The translations under genes were made by a program, and so were the position numbers. From Corynebacterium sp. (GTDB taxonomy: Bacteria; Actinomycetota; Actinomycetes; Mycobacteriales; Mycobacteriaceae), in assembly GCF_012837295.1 (NCBI RefSeq), contig NZ_DURI01000373.1, forward strand, positions 1 to 50,683: 50,683 nt of DNA, read 5' to 3'. Position 1 is the first letter of the stretch. The number at the start of each line of letters is the position of its first letter. The notes beneath the pieces are model-generated. The model did no database searches. It was given only the letters and a program-made list of their open reading frames with translations, and had not been told where the DNA came from. Shown here one piece after another: positions 48,769 to 50,683 of this stretch.

Positions 48769-49344
48769 GTGACCGCCACCGAATCCGCCCCGCAGCCCTT
48801 CCGCGACGCCGTCGAGTCGATGCACGCCGCGCACGTGCGCGCCGAGATTTCGCTGGGCGACATCAGGCCCCCGCAGAAGCTGGCCCCGTTCAGCCACGCG
48901 ATCGGCCTGGAGGTTGTGCACCCGGAGACCGACCTGGTCCCGGAGACCTCCGAGGGCGACGCTTTCGGCCGCCTGATCCTGCTGCACGATCCGCGGGCCG
49001 AGGAGTCCTGGTCCGGTGCGATGCGGCTGGTCGCCTACATCCAGGCCGACATGGACGCCGACGTCGCCTCCGATCCCCTGCTGCCCCAGGTGGCGTGGCA
49101 GTGGCTGACGGAGGGCTTCGAGGATTGCGGCGCCGGCTTCAGCAACTTGGGCGGCACCGTGACCACGACGAATTCCGTGCGCTACGGCGAGATCGGCGGC
49201 CCGCCGGAGGCCTTTCAGCTGGAGATGCGGGCGTCCTGGACCGCCGAGGACATCGACCTCGCGCCGCACGTCGAGGCCTTCTCCCGCGTGCTCGCGAACG
49301 TCGCCGGGCTGCCGCCGGAGGGCGTGTCCGAGCTGGTCCGCTAG
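48769..49344 (+). CDS. DUF3000 family protein (Rv2680-like)
   Basis: PQKLAPFS, GRLILLHDP, DPLLPQVAW, GGTVT, EMRASWT. Confidence 0.9.
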   Translation: MTATESAPQPFRDAVESMHAAHVRAEISLGDIRPPQKLAPFSHAIGLEVVHPETDLVPETSEGDAFGRLILLHDPRAEESWSGAMRLVAYIQADMDADVASDPLLPQVAWQWLTEGFEDCGAGFSNLGGTVTTTNSVRYGEIGGPPEAFQLEMRASWTAEDIDLAPHVEAFSRVLANVAGLPPEGVSELVR

Positions 49345-49347
49345 CCG

Positions 49348-50099
<752 letters not shown>

Positions 50100-50103
<4 letters not shown>

Positions 50104-50683
50104 AGACGGCCCTTTCGCAGGATGTAGATGAGGAAGAACGTGCCGCCGACGACCTCGATGATGATGCCGACGGAGCCTTCCGCGTAGAAGAAGTTCTTGA
50201 GCACGAAGTAGGAACCCGACAGCACGACGAAACCGGTCAGCCACGCGATCGGGAAGACGTGGCGGTGGTCGTAGGTGTCGGCGAGCTGGTACGCGATCAT
50301 GGCGACGAGGAAGCCGAGGAACGTCATCGGGCCGACCAGCGCCGTGGACACGGCCATGAGCATCGACACCATGATCAGGACGATGATGGTGTCCTTCTTG
50401 TGGTTGACGCCAAGGTTCGTGGCCGTCTCGCGGCCCAGGCCGAGCACGTTGAGCTTGGTGGAGCGCAGCCACAGCACGCCGCCCGCGAAGGCGATGATGG
50501 GCAGGCTGACCAGCAGGTAGTCGGTGTCGGCGTTGGCGATGGAACCGATCAGGCGCGCGGTGAGCACGTCGAACTCGCTGGGGGTGAGCATGCGCTGCAT
50601 GAACGTCGACAGCGCGCCCATGCCGCCGCCGAGGATGATGCCGACCAGCAGCATGATCTGCAGGTTGCCGAAGCGGCCGCCGA
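50100..50683 (-). CDS. Iron-siderophore ABC transporter permease (FecCD family), 3' part
   Basis: LNVLGLGRETATNLGVN (EAA loop), ALVGPMTFLG, GGTFF. Runs off the window end. Confidence 0.9.

Overview
This is a high-GC chromosomal segment from a Corynebacteriales actinobacterium, most consistent with a deep-branching Corynebacterium (inferred from gene content and order). It is mostly conserved core genome, running in window order: alaS (5' end), rarA, a kinase-like gene, aspS, sdaA, hisS, ppiB, rel, apt, secF/secD/yajC, ruvBAC, yebC, pdxT/tesB/pdxS, the PIM-synthesis cluster (pimA, patA, pgsA, HIT), thrS, a DyP-PCuAC-CopC operon, five tRNAs, ferritin, a RibD-like reductase, aftC, msrB, hemQ/hemY/hemE, DUF3000 and the 3' end of an iron-siderophore ABC transporter. 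I see no integrase, transposase, prophage or CRISPR array. The main points of interest are: (1) an accessory patch at about 6.0-7.7 kb, where a leaderless gene appears to fuse an N-terminal HEPN-type RNase motif (R-N-A-I-S-H) to a CBS pair and is followed by about 400 bp holding three different repeat structures; (2) a hairpin in the thrS leader whose 7-nt loop carries GGU at the anticodon position, suggesting tRNA-Thr mimicry; (3) several readable regulatory sites, including a SigC-type promoter, SOS-like, DtxR-like and PdxR-like boxes, and unexplained palindromes before apt-rel and the LLM monooxygenase; (4) accessory genes inserted into conserved operons (an OatA-like acyltransferase, an APH-family kinase). 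All calls are by eye from motifs and synteny. No database search was run.
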